A stretch of 64,000 nucleotides of DNA from an uncultured virus (IMG/VR IMGVR_UViG_3300028833_000088). Taxonomy: Duplodnaviria; Heunggongvirae; Uroviricota; Caudoviricetes. The notes under the pieces are model-generated. The model had not been told where the DNA came from. It ran no database searches and was given only the letters and a program-made list of their open reading frames with translations. Made by a program: the position numbers and the translations under genes. Below, in pieces: positions 43,760-53,858 of the stretch. The stretch lies in the IMG/VR virus record IMGVR_UViG_3300028833_000088; one strand, 5' to 3'. Numbering within the stretch: position 1 is the first letter of the stretch; each line of letters starts with the position of its first letter.

Positions 43760-44074
43760 ATGTTAACTGTAGAAGAGTTAATTAAAATGTCAGAAGAGGA
43801 AAGAAAGAAAGCTGTAGATTCTTTAGAAGGAAAAGACTTACAAGATTTAGTTGCAGATATTAATAATAATATTAAGAAAACTGAATCAGAATTAGTTAGA
43901 TTAGAGACTATTAAAGAGAAGTTGAATGAAGATAAAAATAAGATTATGGAATCTATAAACTCACAAGGCATAAATTCAAAAGAGGAATTAGAGAAAGAAA
44001 TTAGTACTTTAAGAGAAAGTACAAATAAACTTATAATTGAATATACTAATGCTATATCTAATACAAACATATAA
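43760..44074 (+). CDS. coiled-coil protein between the SbcC halves
   Basis: heptad-rich 104 aa ORF. Confidence 0.6.
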   Translation: MLTVEELIKMSEEERKKAVDSLEGKDLQDLVADINNNIKKTESELVRLETIKEKLNEDKNKIMESINSQGINSKEELEKEISTLRESTNKLIIEYTNAISNTNI

Positions 44075-44080
44075 ATCACG

Positions 44081-44132
44081 ATTACCAGAATGAAATCTGG
44101 TACATTTTAAGAATATAGTAATATAATTAATA
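44081..44132 (+). repeat. dispersed bipartite ~50-bp element, copy 5
   Basis: ATTACCAGAATGAAATCTGG...GTAATATAATTAATA. Confidence 0.75.
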
Positions 44133-44145
44133 GGTAGGAAAATAT

Positions 44146-44781
44146 ATGAATTTAGAATATTCCGCTTTATATAATAGAGCAATACAAATTAAATCATCTT
44201 TTGATATGATGAATAGTCAATTAGAACAGAAAAAACAAGATAAGATAGCTTTGTTGAATAAGATGGATGAGACTATGCATAAACAGAAGATGTATGAGTT
44301 GGCAGTATCTTATACTAAAGATATTCTAGATTTGATGTCTAGAAGTCAAATTAAACACTTAGAAGATTTGTTAAATTCTGCGATTACAACTATATTTTTT
44401 GATAAAAATTATAAAATAGAATTTGAAATATCTGAATACAGAAATTCAAATTGTTTAACTATATATTTATTAGAATATTTATCTGATGGAAATGTAATAA
44501 AAACAGATATAAAAGATAATGGTTTTGGAATTAAAACGATTGTTGGATTTATATTGCAAATTTATTTTATACTTTATAATAAATTAAGTCCTGTTTTATT
44601 TGCAGATGAAGCTTTTTCTGCGTTATCAGATCAATATATTCCATATCTTAGAAGTTTATTAGCTAGTTTATCAGAAAAATATGGTTTTATTTTTGTATTA
44701 GTAAGTCATGATAATAGATTTATTGATATAGCAGATATAACTTATAAAGTAAATAATGGAGAAGTAAAACAGGTGATATAA
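44146..44781 (+). CDS. Rad50/SbcC-like ATPase, C-terminal half
   Basis: signature-like NGFG, Walker B LFADEAFSALS, H-loop LVSHD. Confidence 0.85.
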   Translation: MNLEYSALYNRAIQIKSSFDMMNSQLEQKKQDKIALLNKMDETMHKQKMYELAVSYTKDILDLMSRSQIKHLEDLLNSAITTIFFDKNYKIEFEISEYRNSNCLTIYLLEYLSDGNVIKTDIKDNGFGIKTIVGFILQIYFILYNKLSPVLFADEAFSALSDQYIPYLRSLLASLSEKYGFIFVLVSHDNRFIDIADITYKVNNGEVKQVI

Positions 44782-44985
44782 ATGATTAAGAAATATATTT
44801 TATATTTAATAAGATGGCAACTATCTACTCCAATTTTAGCTTTAGTTATAAATTTATTGTCAGGTGTAAATACCATATTGGTAACTATAATTGCTAATTT
44901 AATAGGAGGACTTATATTTTTCTGGGTAGATAGGTTAATATTTAATAAGGAGGATGTATCTAATGATGAAAAAAGATTACAATGA
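44782..44985 (+). CDS. small membrane protein
   Basis: two hydrophobic segments; IANLIGGLIFFWVD. Confidence 0.55.
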   Translation: MIKKYILYLIRWQLSTPILALVINLLSGVNTILVTIIANLIGGLIFFWVDRLIFNKEDVSNDEKRLQ

Positions 44986-46243
44986 TAAAGATTTTTTAGA
45001 TAGCTATGATTATAATTATTTCATTAATTTAGAGTGTCAAAGACAAAATTATAATGTAGAACTTATAGCTTCTGAAAATTTTCCAAGTAAAGATGTTTTA
45101 AACGCCGCAGGAAGTATACTTACAAATAAATATGCAGAAGGTTATCCAGGAAAGAGATATTATGGTGGATGTGAGTGGATAGATTGTATAGAACAAAAAG
45201 CAATTAATGATGCTTGCAAATTATTTGATTGTAAATTTGCAAACGTACAACCTCATTGTGGAAGTAGTGCTAACCAAGCAGTTTATAGAGCTTTATTAAA
45301 ACCTAATGATACAGTCTTAGGTATGAGTTTAGATGCTGGTGGTCATTTAACACATGGGCATAAAATGAGTTTTTCAGGTCAAGATTATAATATAGTATCA
45401 TATGGTGTAGACGATAATGGAATAATAGATATAGAAGACTTTAAAGAAAAGCTTTATAAATACAAACCTAGTATGATAATAGTAGGAGCTAGTTGTTATT
45501 CTAGAATTATAGATTATAAAATATTTAGAGATTTAATAGAAGAGTACTCTAAAGAAACCGGAGAAAAGAAGCCATATTATATGGTAGATATGGCACATGT
45601 TGCTGGATTAATTGCTGGTGGAGTACATCCAAGTCCAATACCTTATGCAGATGTAGTTACTTCAACTACTCATAAAACATTAAGAGGACCTAGAGGAGGA
45701 TTAATATTAACAAATTCTGAAGATATAATTAAAAAGATAAATACAGCAATATTCCCTGGAATTCAAGGTGGACCATTAGAGCATATTATTGCTGCTAAAG
45801 GAATTTGTTTTGAAGAAGCTATGAAAGATTCTTTTAAAGAATATGCAAAACAAGTAGTAGATAACGCTAAATCTTTTGCAGATGAGTTAATTAAATGTGG
45901 ATGTAAATTAATTTCAGGTGGAACAGATAATCATACAATTATATTAGATGTTTATAATAGTTATGGTATTACTGGTAGAGAAGCTGAAGTTACTTTAGAC
46001 AAAGCAGAAATTACATGTAATAAAAATCAAATTCCAAACGATACATTACCTCCACTTAAGTCATCTGGTATAAGATTAGGAACTGCTGCAATGACTACAA
46101 AAGGATGGAAAGAAGAAGATTTTATAAAGCTAGCACATATTATTGATTGTTTATTGCATAATATAAATAATAAAGATTTTATAGATGATGCTAAAGAGAA
46201 AAAGAATGATTTAATAAATAGTATAAGGAGTAGAAATGGATAG
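44963..46243 (+). CDS. glyA: serine hydroxymethyltransferase
   Basis: LIASEN, NKYAEGYPGKRYYGG, GGHLTHG, DMAHVAGL, TTHKTLRGPRGG, SGIRLGT. Confidence 0.97.
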   Translation: MMKKDYNDKDFLDSYDYNYFINLECQRQNYNVELIASENFPSKDVLNAAGSILTNKYAEGYPGKRYYGGCEWIDCIEQKAINDACKLFDCKFANVQPHCGSSANQAVYRALLKPNDTVLGMSLDAGGHLTHGHKMSFSGQDYNIVSYGVDDNGIIDIEDFKEKLYKYKPSMIIVGASCYSRIIDYKIFRDLIEEYSKETGEKKPYYMVDMAHVAGLIAGGVHPSPIPYADVVTSTTHKTLRGPRGGLILTNSEDIIKKINTAIFPGIQGGPLEHIIAAKGICFEEAMKDSFKEYAKQVVDNAKSFADELIKCGCKLISGGTDNHTIILDVYNSYGITGREAEVTLDKAEITCNKNQIPNDTLPPLKSSGIRLGTAAMTTKGWKEEDFIKLAHIIDCLLHNINNKDFIDDAKEKKNDLINSIRSRNG

Positions 46244-46712
46244 AGTAGATAAAGATAATTATTATTTAAATATTGCAGAAGAGGTAAGTAAGAGAAGTAC
46301 TTGTTTAAAAAGACATTATGGTGCTGTAATTGTAAATAACGGAGAGATAATATCTACTGGTTATTCTGGAGCTCCTAGAAAATTATTATCTTGTTATGAT
46401 ACTAAAAAGTGTCTTAGAGAAAATAGTAAAAGAGGAACTGATTATAGTTTTTGTACTTCAGTACATGCTGAGCAAAATGCTATTATATCAAGTGCTAGAA
46501 GAGATATGATTGGTTCTGATATTTATTTAGTAGGAATAGAAGAATGTAATCCTGGATGGAGATATGTTATAAATCCATCACCTTGCAGTTTATGTAAAAG
46601 AATGATTATTAATGCTGGAATAAGTAGAGTAATAATAAGAAAAGATGAACATAACTTTGATATTATAAATGTAAGTGATTGGGACATTAATGATATAGTA
46701 GGAGGTTATTAA
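46236..46712 (+). CDS. dCMP deaminase
   Basis: RSTC, VHAEQNAI, PCSLCKRMIINAGI. Confidence 0.9.
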   Translation: MDRVDKDNYYLNIAEEVSKRSTCLKRHYGAVIVNNGEIISTGYSGAPRKLLSCYDTKKCLRENSKRGTDYSFCTSVHAEQNAIISSARRDMIGSDIYLVGIEECNPGWRYVINPSPCSLCKRMIINAGISRVIIRKDEHNFDIINVSDWDINDIVGGY

Positions 46713-47386
46713 TGGAATTATATACTTGGAGTAAACCAAATAAATCAGAAGATAGTATTCCTATTAAAAGTAAATTAAACACAGGAGTAACCTTTATAAT
46801 AGGTCCAAATGGTTCAGGAAAAACAACATATTTAAAACAATTAGCTAGCATATTTAAAAATAAGAATGTATCAAAATGGGAGTCTATAAAAGAAAATAGT
46901 AAAATAGAAAATAAATACGATTCTTTTTATTACAATAATGTTACAGAAGAGAAGTTTGCAAAACAAAATTGGTTAGACAGAGGTGACTCATTTCTTTTCG
47001 CAGCATCTTTTGAAAATTCAGAAGGTCAAGATATGTATGATTTTTTAATTGATAAAGTTGGTGATATTGGAGCTTGTGTTAAAAAAGCTAAAGATAGTAA
47101 TAAAAAAGGAGTATTTATATTATTAGATGGTTTAGATAGTGGACTTTCTATAGATATTCTTAATAAATTAAAAGTTGAGCTTTTTGATTTTATCATACAA
47201 GAAGAATTAAAAGATGATTTTGAAGTTTATGTTTTAGTTTCAGCTAATAGTTATGAGATGGTAGAAGGTAATTATGACTGTTTAGATATAAGAAATATGA
47301 ATACAGTAAGATTTAAATCTTATGATGATTATAAAAATTATTATTTAAATAATATGGAGGTAAATAATAATGAAAGTAATGATTAG
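46712..47386 (+). CDS. ABC-type ATPase
   Basis: GPNGSGKTT, SEGQ signature, LLDGLDSGLS. Confidence 0.75.
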   Translation: MELYTWSKPNKSEDSIPIKSKLNTGVTFIIGPNGSGKTTYLKQLASIFKNKNVSKWESIKENSKIENKYDSFYYNNVTEEKFAKQNWLDRGDSFLFAASFENSEGQDMYDFLIDKVGDIGACVKKAKDSNKKGVFILLDGLDSGLSIDILNKLKVELFDFIIQEELKDDFEVYVLVSANSYEMVEGNYDCLDIRNMNTVRFKSYDDYKNYYLNNMEVNNNESND

Positions 47387-47678
47387 TCAACCGATGAATG
47401 GAAAAACTAATGAGCAAATTAATAAAGAAAGAGAAGAAGTTAAAAATAAATTAGAAAATTGTGGTTGGGAAGTTGTAGATACAGTATTTTGTGATTATGG
47501 AAAAGATAAAGATAAAGTTAATATACCTGTATTTTATTTAGCAAAATCTATTGATGCTATGAGCAAAGTAGATGCGGTTTTATTCATGAATAATTGGGAT
47601 AAATCAAGAGGATGTATAATAGAACATGAGATTTGTTTAAGATACGATATATTAATGATGTACGAATATGAATTATAG
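47370..47678 (+). CDS. nucleoside 2-deoxyribosyltransferase-like (DUF4406-type) protein
   Basis: MKVMISQPMNG...SKVDAVLF...WDKSRGCIIEH. Confidence 0.7.
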   Translation: MKVMISQPMNGKTNEQINKEREEVKNKLENCGWEVVDTVFCDYGKDKDKVNIPVFYLAKSIDAMSKVDAVLFMNNWDKSRGCIIEHEICLRYDILMMYEYEL

Positions 47679-47696
47679 TATAGAAGAGGTATAATA

Positions 47697-47957
47697 ATGA
47701 AAATAACTAAATTATATTTTAATAATACAACAGAAGAACAAAAGAAAGAATTAGGAGTCAGATGCTTAAGTTTAGTTGATATAGTATTTGATAGAGATAT
47801 AATAGTTAAAAATGTTAAATTAATGTCAGGAGATAAAGGTGAATATTTAGTATTCCCTACAAATAAAATAGGAAAGTCAATAACATTTCCTATTACTGAA
47901 GATTTTAGACAATATATATTAAATGAAGTATTAAACCAATATAAGGAAAGTGAATAA
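47697..47957 (+). CDS. spoVG: SpoVG-family nucleic-acid-binding protein, copy 1
   Basis: VDIVFDRDIIVKNVKLMSGDKGEYLVFP...FPITEDFR. Confidence 0.75.
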   Translation: MKITKLYFNNTTEEQKKELGVRCLSLVDIVFDRDIIVKNVKLMSGDKGEYLVFPTNKIGKSITFPITEDFRQYILNEVLNQYKESE

Positions 47958-48850
47958 TGGGTATAGAAGATATATTAAAAAATACAGATAGAACTCCAAT
48001 ATTTTGTGATTTAAATAATTTATTATACAGAGCATTTTATGTTTTTACACCAGATAAATTTAAAACTAAGCAAGGAATACCTAATGGTCATTTATTTGGA
48101 TTATGTCAAAACATTAAAACAATGAATAATTTAAATTATGAGATTTTTCTTTGTGAAGATTCGCATTCTGTATTTAGAAAAAATATTAATGAGGATTATA
48201 AATCTAATAGAGAACCATCAGAGAATAATACTCAATTTTGGAAAGAGTATGATAAAATACACGACTTAATTTCTAATCTTCCACATGCTAATTGTATTAA
48301 ATCAGAAGGATATGAGGCTGATGATGTTATGTATACAGCAGCAAAAATGTGTAGTAGCTTAGGTAAAAAGTGCTTTATCTTTACTACAGATAAAGATTTA
48401 TTACAAGCATTAGATGAAAACATTACTATAGTACATAAAGTTACAATGAAAGAGAATGAAGAGGTTAGATACAAGTCAGATGAGTATTATGATAAATTTC
48501 CAGTAGAACCAGATAAATTACCTTTATATAGAGCTTTTAAAGGAGATGGATCTGATAATATAGAACCTTTAGTTAAACGATTACCTAAAGATTTAATTAT
48601 AGATTTAGTTGATTATTTATATGATAATCATAAATTAGCTGGTTTTGAGTGTAGTAAGAAATCTCACGAAAAGTGGTTAAAAGAAGTTATTAATAATTGG
48701 GATAGATTTTTATCTAATTATAGAATAATGAGATTAAAACCTATAGACATAGAATTAGTAGAAAAATCTAATCAAAATTCGTATATACAAATTTGTAATG
48801 AGTATGAACTTAATTCATTTTTAAGCTACAATATGCATATAATACAATAG
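47957..48850 (+). CDS. 5'-3' exonuclease / flap endonuclease
   Basis: DLNNLLYRAFY, YKSNR, GYEADD, TDKDLLQ, GDGSDNI. Confidence 0.9.
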   Translation: MGIEDILKNTDRTPIFCDLNNLLYRAFYVFTPDKFKTKQGIPNGHLFGLCQNIKTMNNLNYEIFLCEDSHSVFRKNINEDYKSNREPSENNTQFWKEYDKIHDLISNLPHANCIKSEGYEADDVMYTAAKMCSSLGKKCFIFTTDKDLLQALDENITIVHKVTMKENEEVRYKSDEYYDKFPVEPDKLPLYRAFKGDGSDNIEPLVKRLPKDLIIDLVDYLYDNHKLAGFECSKKSHEKWLKEVINNWDRFLSNYRIMRLKPIDIELVEKSNQNSYIQICNEYELNSFLSYNMHIIQ

Positions 48851-48861
48851 GAGGATTAAAT

Positions 48862-49671
48862 ATGAATATTAAGCAACAAGAAAATATTATTATTAAAGCA
48901 TTGATAAAAGAAAAAATTCAATTAATTAAAGAACTTAATAATAAAGACATAATAATAAATAATTTATTAGAAAAATTAAAAGTAAAGGAGAATTGTAGTG
49001 TTGGAAAATAATGACGATTTTCATTTTGTTAGTGTTATGTTTGAAAGTAGATATGGTTCTACTAAAAATGATCCTAAATTTTATGGTAAAGCATACACAT
49101 ATAAAACAAAAAGAGATTTAAAGAAAGGCCAAGTAGTAGAAATAGAAACTGCATATGGTAATACTAGAGTATGTGTTTTAGATGAAAATTTAGATAAAAG
49201 TAGCATTAACATTGATTTAGATATTATAAAGGAGATTTAATATGAATATACTGTGTAATAATTGTTGTCATAGACAAATTTGTAAAAATAAAGATAAGTA
49301 TATTAGTTTATTTAATTCTATTAATGAACTAACTGAAAAAAATCAAGATCTTAGTGATTTTCATGTGAATATATCTTGTAAAAATTATTTAAGTAATTAT
49401 GAAATGATAAAGGAGATTTAGTATGAAGTATAAAATTGGAGATAAATTTTATAGATTTAATAATAAAACAAAAGAAGTAGATACTATTGAGATAGTAGAT
49501 ATTAAATATGTATTTGATAAACACGTTAGAAATATTAAGAATTTTTCAGAGTTAGATATTGATGACTTAATTGAAGATAAAAGAATTTATACTGACATAG
49601 AAGAAGTAAAAAGATTAGAGATAGAACAACTTGAAAATAAATATAATATTAAATTAAAAGAGGTTGATTAA
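48862..49671 (+). other. small hypothetical proteins
   Basis: short ORFs with AGGAG RBS (for example 48998-49240, 49423-49671). Confidence 0.5.
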
Positions 49672-50630
49672 TGAGTAAGATAATGTTTGTAGGAGATATA
49701 CATCTTACAGGAATAAATCCAGGATCTAGAAAAGAAACTCCAGAGCAATATAGAGAATTATTATTAAATAAATTAAATCAATTAAAAGATATTTGTAATA
49801 ATTTAGATATTCATAATATAATTATTTTGGGTGACTTATTTAATAATAATAGTGGTATATCTAATTTATTTGAAACAGAGATATGGAGAAAGTTTATAGA
49901 ATTTAAAGAGAATAATATAGATGTATATACAATTGTTGGAAATCATGATATGTTGTTTCAAAATGATGACGAGTTTAAAGGAACGTATTTATACAAAGCA
50001 TTTTTAGCTGGAATAATAAAACACTTAGATACATTAGATATAGATAATACTCATATTGTTGGTTTTGATTATAATAGAGATTATAAAGAAGCAGAAGATT
50101 TATCAAAATATAATATTTGTGTAGCACATAGTTTTTATGAAAATTCTGGTTTCGGTGGATTTGGTAACTGTAATCTTACTGATGAGAAATGTGTTAACTT
50201 AAAATATAATGCTTATGTTTTAGGTCATGACCACGTTCCATACGACATAATGAATAAAAATAATTATTATGTAATTAGACCTGGATCTTTAACTAGAGGT
50301 ACTTCTAAGACATGTAACTTATATAGAGATGTACAAGTAGCAGTATTTGATAATATATCATTTAGTTGGGAATATGTTAAATTAAATATAAAACCTGGAT
50401 TAGATGTATTTAATGAATCTGTTATTATGTCAAAAGATTATAAAATAGATGTAAACGATATATTGGAAAATCTAGAAATAAGTTCATACACTAATGTTTA
50501 TGATATAATAGATAGTAATACAGAACAAGCTAAAGATAAGTTAAAAGATAATTATGATGATGTATTAAAGATTGTAGAAACATATTTTGAATCTCATGGA
50601 TTATTTAGACAAAATAAAGAGGTAAATTAA
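49671..50630 (+). CDS. Mre11/SbcD-like metallophosphoesterase nuclease
   Basis: GDIH, LGDLF, VGNHD, VAH, LGHDH, PGS motifs. Confidence 0.9.
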   Translation: MSKIMFVGDIHLTGINPGSRKETPEQYRELLLNKLNQLKDICNNLDIHNIIILGDLFNNNSGISNLFETEIWRKFIEFKENNIDVYTIVGNHDMLFQNDDEFKGTYLYKAFLAGIIKHLDTLDIDNTHIVGFDYNRDYKEAEDLSKYNICVAHSFYENSGFGGFGNCNLTDEKCVNLKYNAYVLGHDHVPYDIMNKNNYYVIRPGSLTRGTSKTCNLYRDVQVAVFDNISFSWEYVKLNIKPGLDVFNESVIMSKDYKIDVNDILENLEISSYTNVYDIIDSNTEQAKDKLKDNYDDVLKIVETYFESHGLFRQNKEVN

Positions 50631-50960
50631 TGACAATAGATAAAAAAGTAAAAGATATAATTAAGAATAAATACTATATTTTTTGTGGAATGCAATTTAA
50701 CGTATTAGACACCGATTATATAGAAATATATGAATGTGTAGATAAAAAGCATTTATTGTATAGAGATAGCATAATAAATTATAATAGTACAATACCTGCT
50801 GATCTTAAAGATAAAGAATATATTAAAGAAGAGTTAGAAAAAACTAACGAAAAATATATTCCATGGCATTATAAGTTTGCAGTATGCTTTTATCTAAATA
50901 ATGAAAAAGAAAAGAGTGACTTTAATATGGGTATAAATATAAGATAAAGGAGGTGATACA

Positions 50961-51233
50961 ATGAATAAAGGTGAATTTGTTAATAAAGTTGCAGATAATT
51001 TATCAATGTCTCATGGTGATGTTAATAAAGTTCTTAATGAAATGATAAATGTAATTACAGAATCTTTACAAGCAAAAGAAAAAGTAAATATTACTGGTTT
51101 CGGTAGCTTTGAAGTAAAACACAAAAATGCAAGAAATGGTAGAAATCCTTCTACAGGAGAGACAATAAAGATTGCTGCAAAAGATGTTCCAGCTTTTAAA
51201 CCTGGAAGTCAATTAAGAGAATCTTTAAAATAG
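50961..51233 (+). CDS. hup: HU-family histone-like DNA-binding protein
   Basis: GFGSFEV...ARNGRNPSTGETIKI...PAFKPGSQL. Confidence 0.95.
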   Translation: MNKGEFVNKVADNLSMSHGDVNKVLNEMINVITESLQAKEKVNITGFGSFEVKHKNARNGRNPSTGETIKIAAKDVPAFKPGSQLRESLK

Positions 51234-51264
51234 GAAATAGCGGTTTATAAACCGCTATTTCTTT
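51234..51264 (+). terminator. rho-independent terminator
   Basis: perfect palindrome GAAATAGCGGTTTA-TAAACCGCTATTTC followed by TTT. Confidence 0.75.
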
Positions 51265-51274
51265 AGGAGATATT

Positions 51275-52495
51275 ATGGAAGAAAATGAATTAACTTATAT
51301 AAAAGATATACTTTCTTTAAATCAAGAATTTAAAGAATTAGAAATTGTGAATGATGTTTTAGAATTAGATAGCTTAAATAATATAAAAGATATAAACATT
51401 AATTTAGATATATCTTATCCTTATTTAGTTTTTAATTCAGAAGAATTGATAAAAGTTATTGATTTATGTAACAAAATAGTTTTGAATAAATCAAATAATG
51501 TGATTTATAATTCTATAACATTAGTTCCAGATTTAAAACATAAAAGATTATATTTTTATGTAACAAATGAATTGTCTTATTTTAGATATAATGTTGAGCT
51601 TTTAGGTAATATAGATGAAATGTTTTCAGATATTATTTCTATTCCTATAAACTCTTTACAAAAAATTATAAGATTGATAGGAAATAAAACTCTTATTTAT
51701 AAAAAAGATAATTTGTTTTACATCAGGATTCAAAACGGTGACCTTTTACTAGATAATATAATAACTAATTTAGATATAATAAAATTTCCTTCTAATCCTA
51801 CAGAGATGATTTCTGAGGTAAAAATATCAAATTTATACAATATTACTAATAGTGTTTTACCTTTATTAAATAGTGAAGTATCTTTAGATAATAAGAAAAT
51901 TACATTTTTAAATAACAAAGCTTATTTTATATCATCTTCATATTATCTAGAAAGTAATATAAAAATTCCTGATTTTACTTTAAGTTTAAAAGATACAGAA
52001 TTCATTAATAAATTGTTTAAATATTATAAAAATGATTCTATACTTTTATTTAAGACAGATGCTTCAATTTCTAGATTGTATTTAAAAGTTGGTAATGTTG
52101 AGTATGAGTTTTTATATTCTAATCCAAATAAATCATCTTTGTATATAAATCAAATGAATGCTTTACTTATAGAACCGCAATTAGAGATACAATTGCTTGA
52201 TTTATATAAGATAGTTAATTTAGCTAGTATTTTACCAACATCTACGGGTATTATTAAATTTGAGATTAAAGATGATTTAAATATTACAATTACGACAAAT
52301 AAAGGAGATTCAAACTTTAATCTTAAATATGATAAAATTAGTGATTTATATAAAGGTGAGATATTATGTAGAGCATCTTTGTTAAAAAGATTATTAGCAT
52401 CATTTAAGCAAGATAAAATAAAAATAGCATTAAGCGATAATTGTATTTATTTAGATGATGGTTATTCAAAAGCTATACTTATAACATATAAATAA
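51275..52495 (+). CDS. probable DNA sliding clamp (beta-subunit-like)
   Basis: size ~400 aa with threefold alpha/beta repetition; FYVTNEL resembles DnaN strand motifs; near dnaX. Confidence 0.5.
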   Translation: MEENELTYIKDILSLNQEFKELEIVNDVLELDSLNNIKDININLDISYPYLVFNSEELIKVIDLCNKIVLNKSNNVIYNSITLVPDLKHKRLYFYVTNELSYFRYNVELLGNIDEMFSDIISIPINSLQKIIRLIGNKTLIYKKDNLFYIRIQNGDLLLDNIITNLDIIKFPSNPTEMISEVKISNLYNITNSVLPLLNSEVSLDNKKITFLNNKAYFISSSYYLESNIKIPDFTLSLKDTEFINKLFKYYKNDSILLFKTDASISRLYLKVGNVEYEFLYSNPNKSSLYINQMNALLIEPQLEIQLLDLYKIVNLASILPTSTGIIKFEIKDDLNITITTNKGDSNFNLKYDKISDLYKGEILCRASLLKRLLASFKQDKIKIALSDNCIYLDDGYSKAILITYK

Positions 52496-52511
52496 TTATA
52501 GAGGAGTATCG

Positions 52512-53192
52512 ATGAACTATACAAATTTAAAGAGCATATTTAATTTAGGAAGAGAGATAAAAGAAGATAGCTCTTTTCCTTATGTGCATTTAGCATATAA
52601 ATATAACCTTAAAAATTATAGACTTATAACTTCTGGAGAATTATTTATAAGAGGAAAAGATTTATTTATTCCAGATTATCTAATACAATTTATGAATTTT
52701 CATAATGAAGCTGTTATGATAGCTAATATAATAAATAATAAAGTTATATCTATTGTTTTTAGAAGTATGGATCATAATAAAGAATTTTTAAAATTTGGAA
52801 CAAGCAAAGATATGTTTTACGGATTAGGAGATTTAAGTGAGAATTTTAGATTTGGAGATCCTATATTATTAGTTGAAGGTCATTTAGATAGAGATATGAT
52901 GAAGACTATATACCCTAATGTTTTAGCAGTTACAACAAATAGATTATCTAATAATCAAGTATCTATATTAACTAATCTATCAAATAAATTTATACTAATG
53001 TTAGATAATGATGATGCTGGAAGATTAGGTCAAAGAATAGCTAAAAATCAACTTAAAGGTAATAAGGTATTAGAGTTTAATCATGACTATAGATTAAAGG
53101 ATGCTGGAGATTTAGTTAGTTTAGATATAACGAATCATAAGCTATTTAATGATGTTTTAGAAAATTATAGTAATCAAATTTTATTTTTTTAG
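52512..53192 (+). CDS. DNA primase TOPRIM domain protein
   Basis: LLVEGHLD, LMLDNDDAGRLG, KDAGD. Confidence 0.85.
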   Translation: MNYTNLKSIFNLGREIKEDSSFPYVHLAYKYNLKNYRLITSGELFIRGKDLFIPDYLIQFMNFHNEAVMIANIINNKVISIVFRSMDHNKEFLKFGTSKDMFYGLGDLSENFRFGDPILLVEGHLDRDMMKTIYPNVLAVTTNRLSNNQVSILTNLSNKFILMLDNDDAGRLGQRIAKNQLKGNKVLEFNHDYRLKDAGDLVSLDITNHKLFNDVLENYSNQILFF

Positions 53193-53218
53193 CATAATAT
53201 ATAATATAGAGGTTTAAT

Positions 53219-53849
53219 ATGTTTTTAATAAATGAAAATGAAAAGATAAATGAAAATGATATATTTTATATAGAATTGAATAAACAATATAATCAAATAT
53301 TAATATATTCTTCTTTTGAACGTATAGATATTAAACTTAATGATGAAGATTATAAAAATTTAGTTATTAGATTATCTGATTTAGTTTTATCTAAAGATAA
53401 TCTAGTTTGGGAATATAATTATATTATAAATTTTAATAAAGTATATCATTATACAATGAACAGCAATAATATTAGTATTATTTGGAATGAGAAGACTAAT
53501 AATAACGTTCCTACATTTTTAGTTATTGATGGAGAAATATAGTATGGTAAATAGTTATATATTTAACTCATATTTCCATTCATTTATGCATTTTGTTAAA
53601 TCAAAAGATATAGATTATAAAGATGCTAAATTAAAAATATATGTTTACTTATTAGATAAGAGATTTATAACAACATCAAATATTGATATTATTAAAAATT
53701 TTTATTTATTTAAAAGATGTAAAGTAAAAGACGATACTTGTTTTTATATTATTTATTCAGTAAACGAATTTAATTTCTATGAAATATTTAATGTTTTATT
53801 AAATAGTAATTTATTAGTACCAGTAGATAATTTTCTAGATTATATTTAA
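53219..53849 (+). CDS. two hypothetical proteins (53219-53542, 53526-53849)
   Basis: ORF track only. Confidence 0.45.
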
Positions 53850-53858
53850 GATAAGGAG

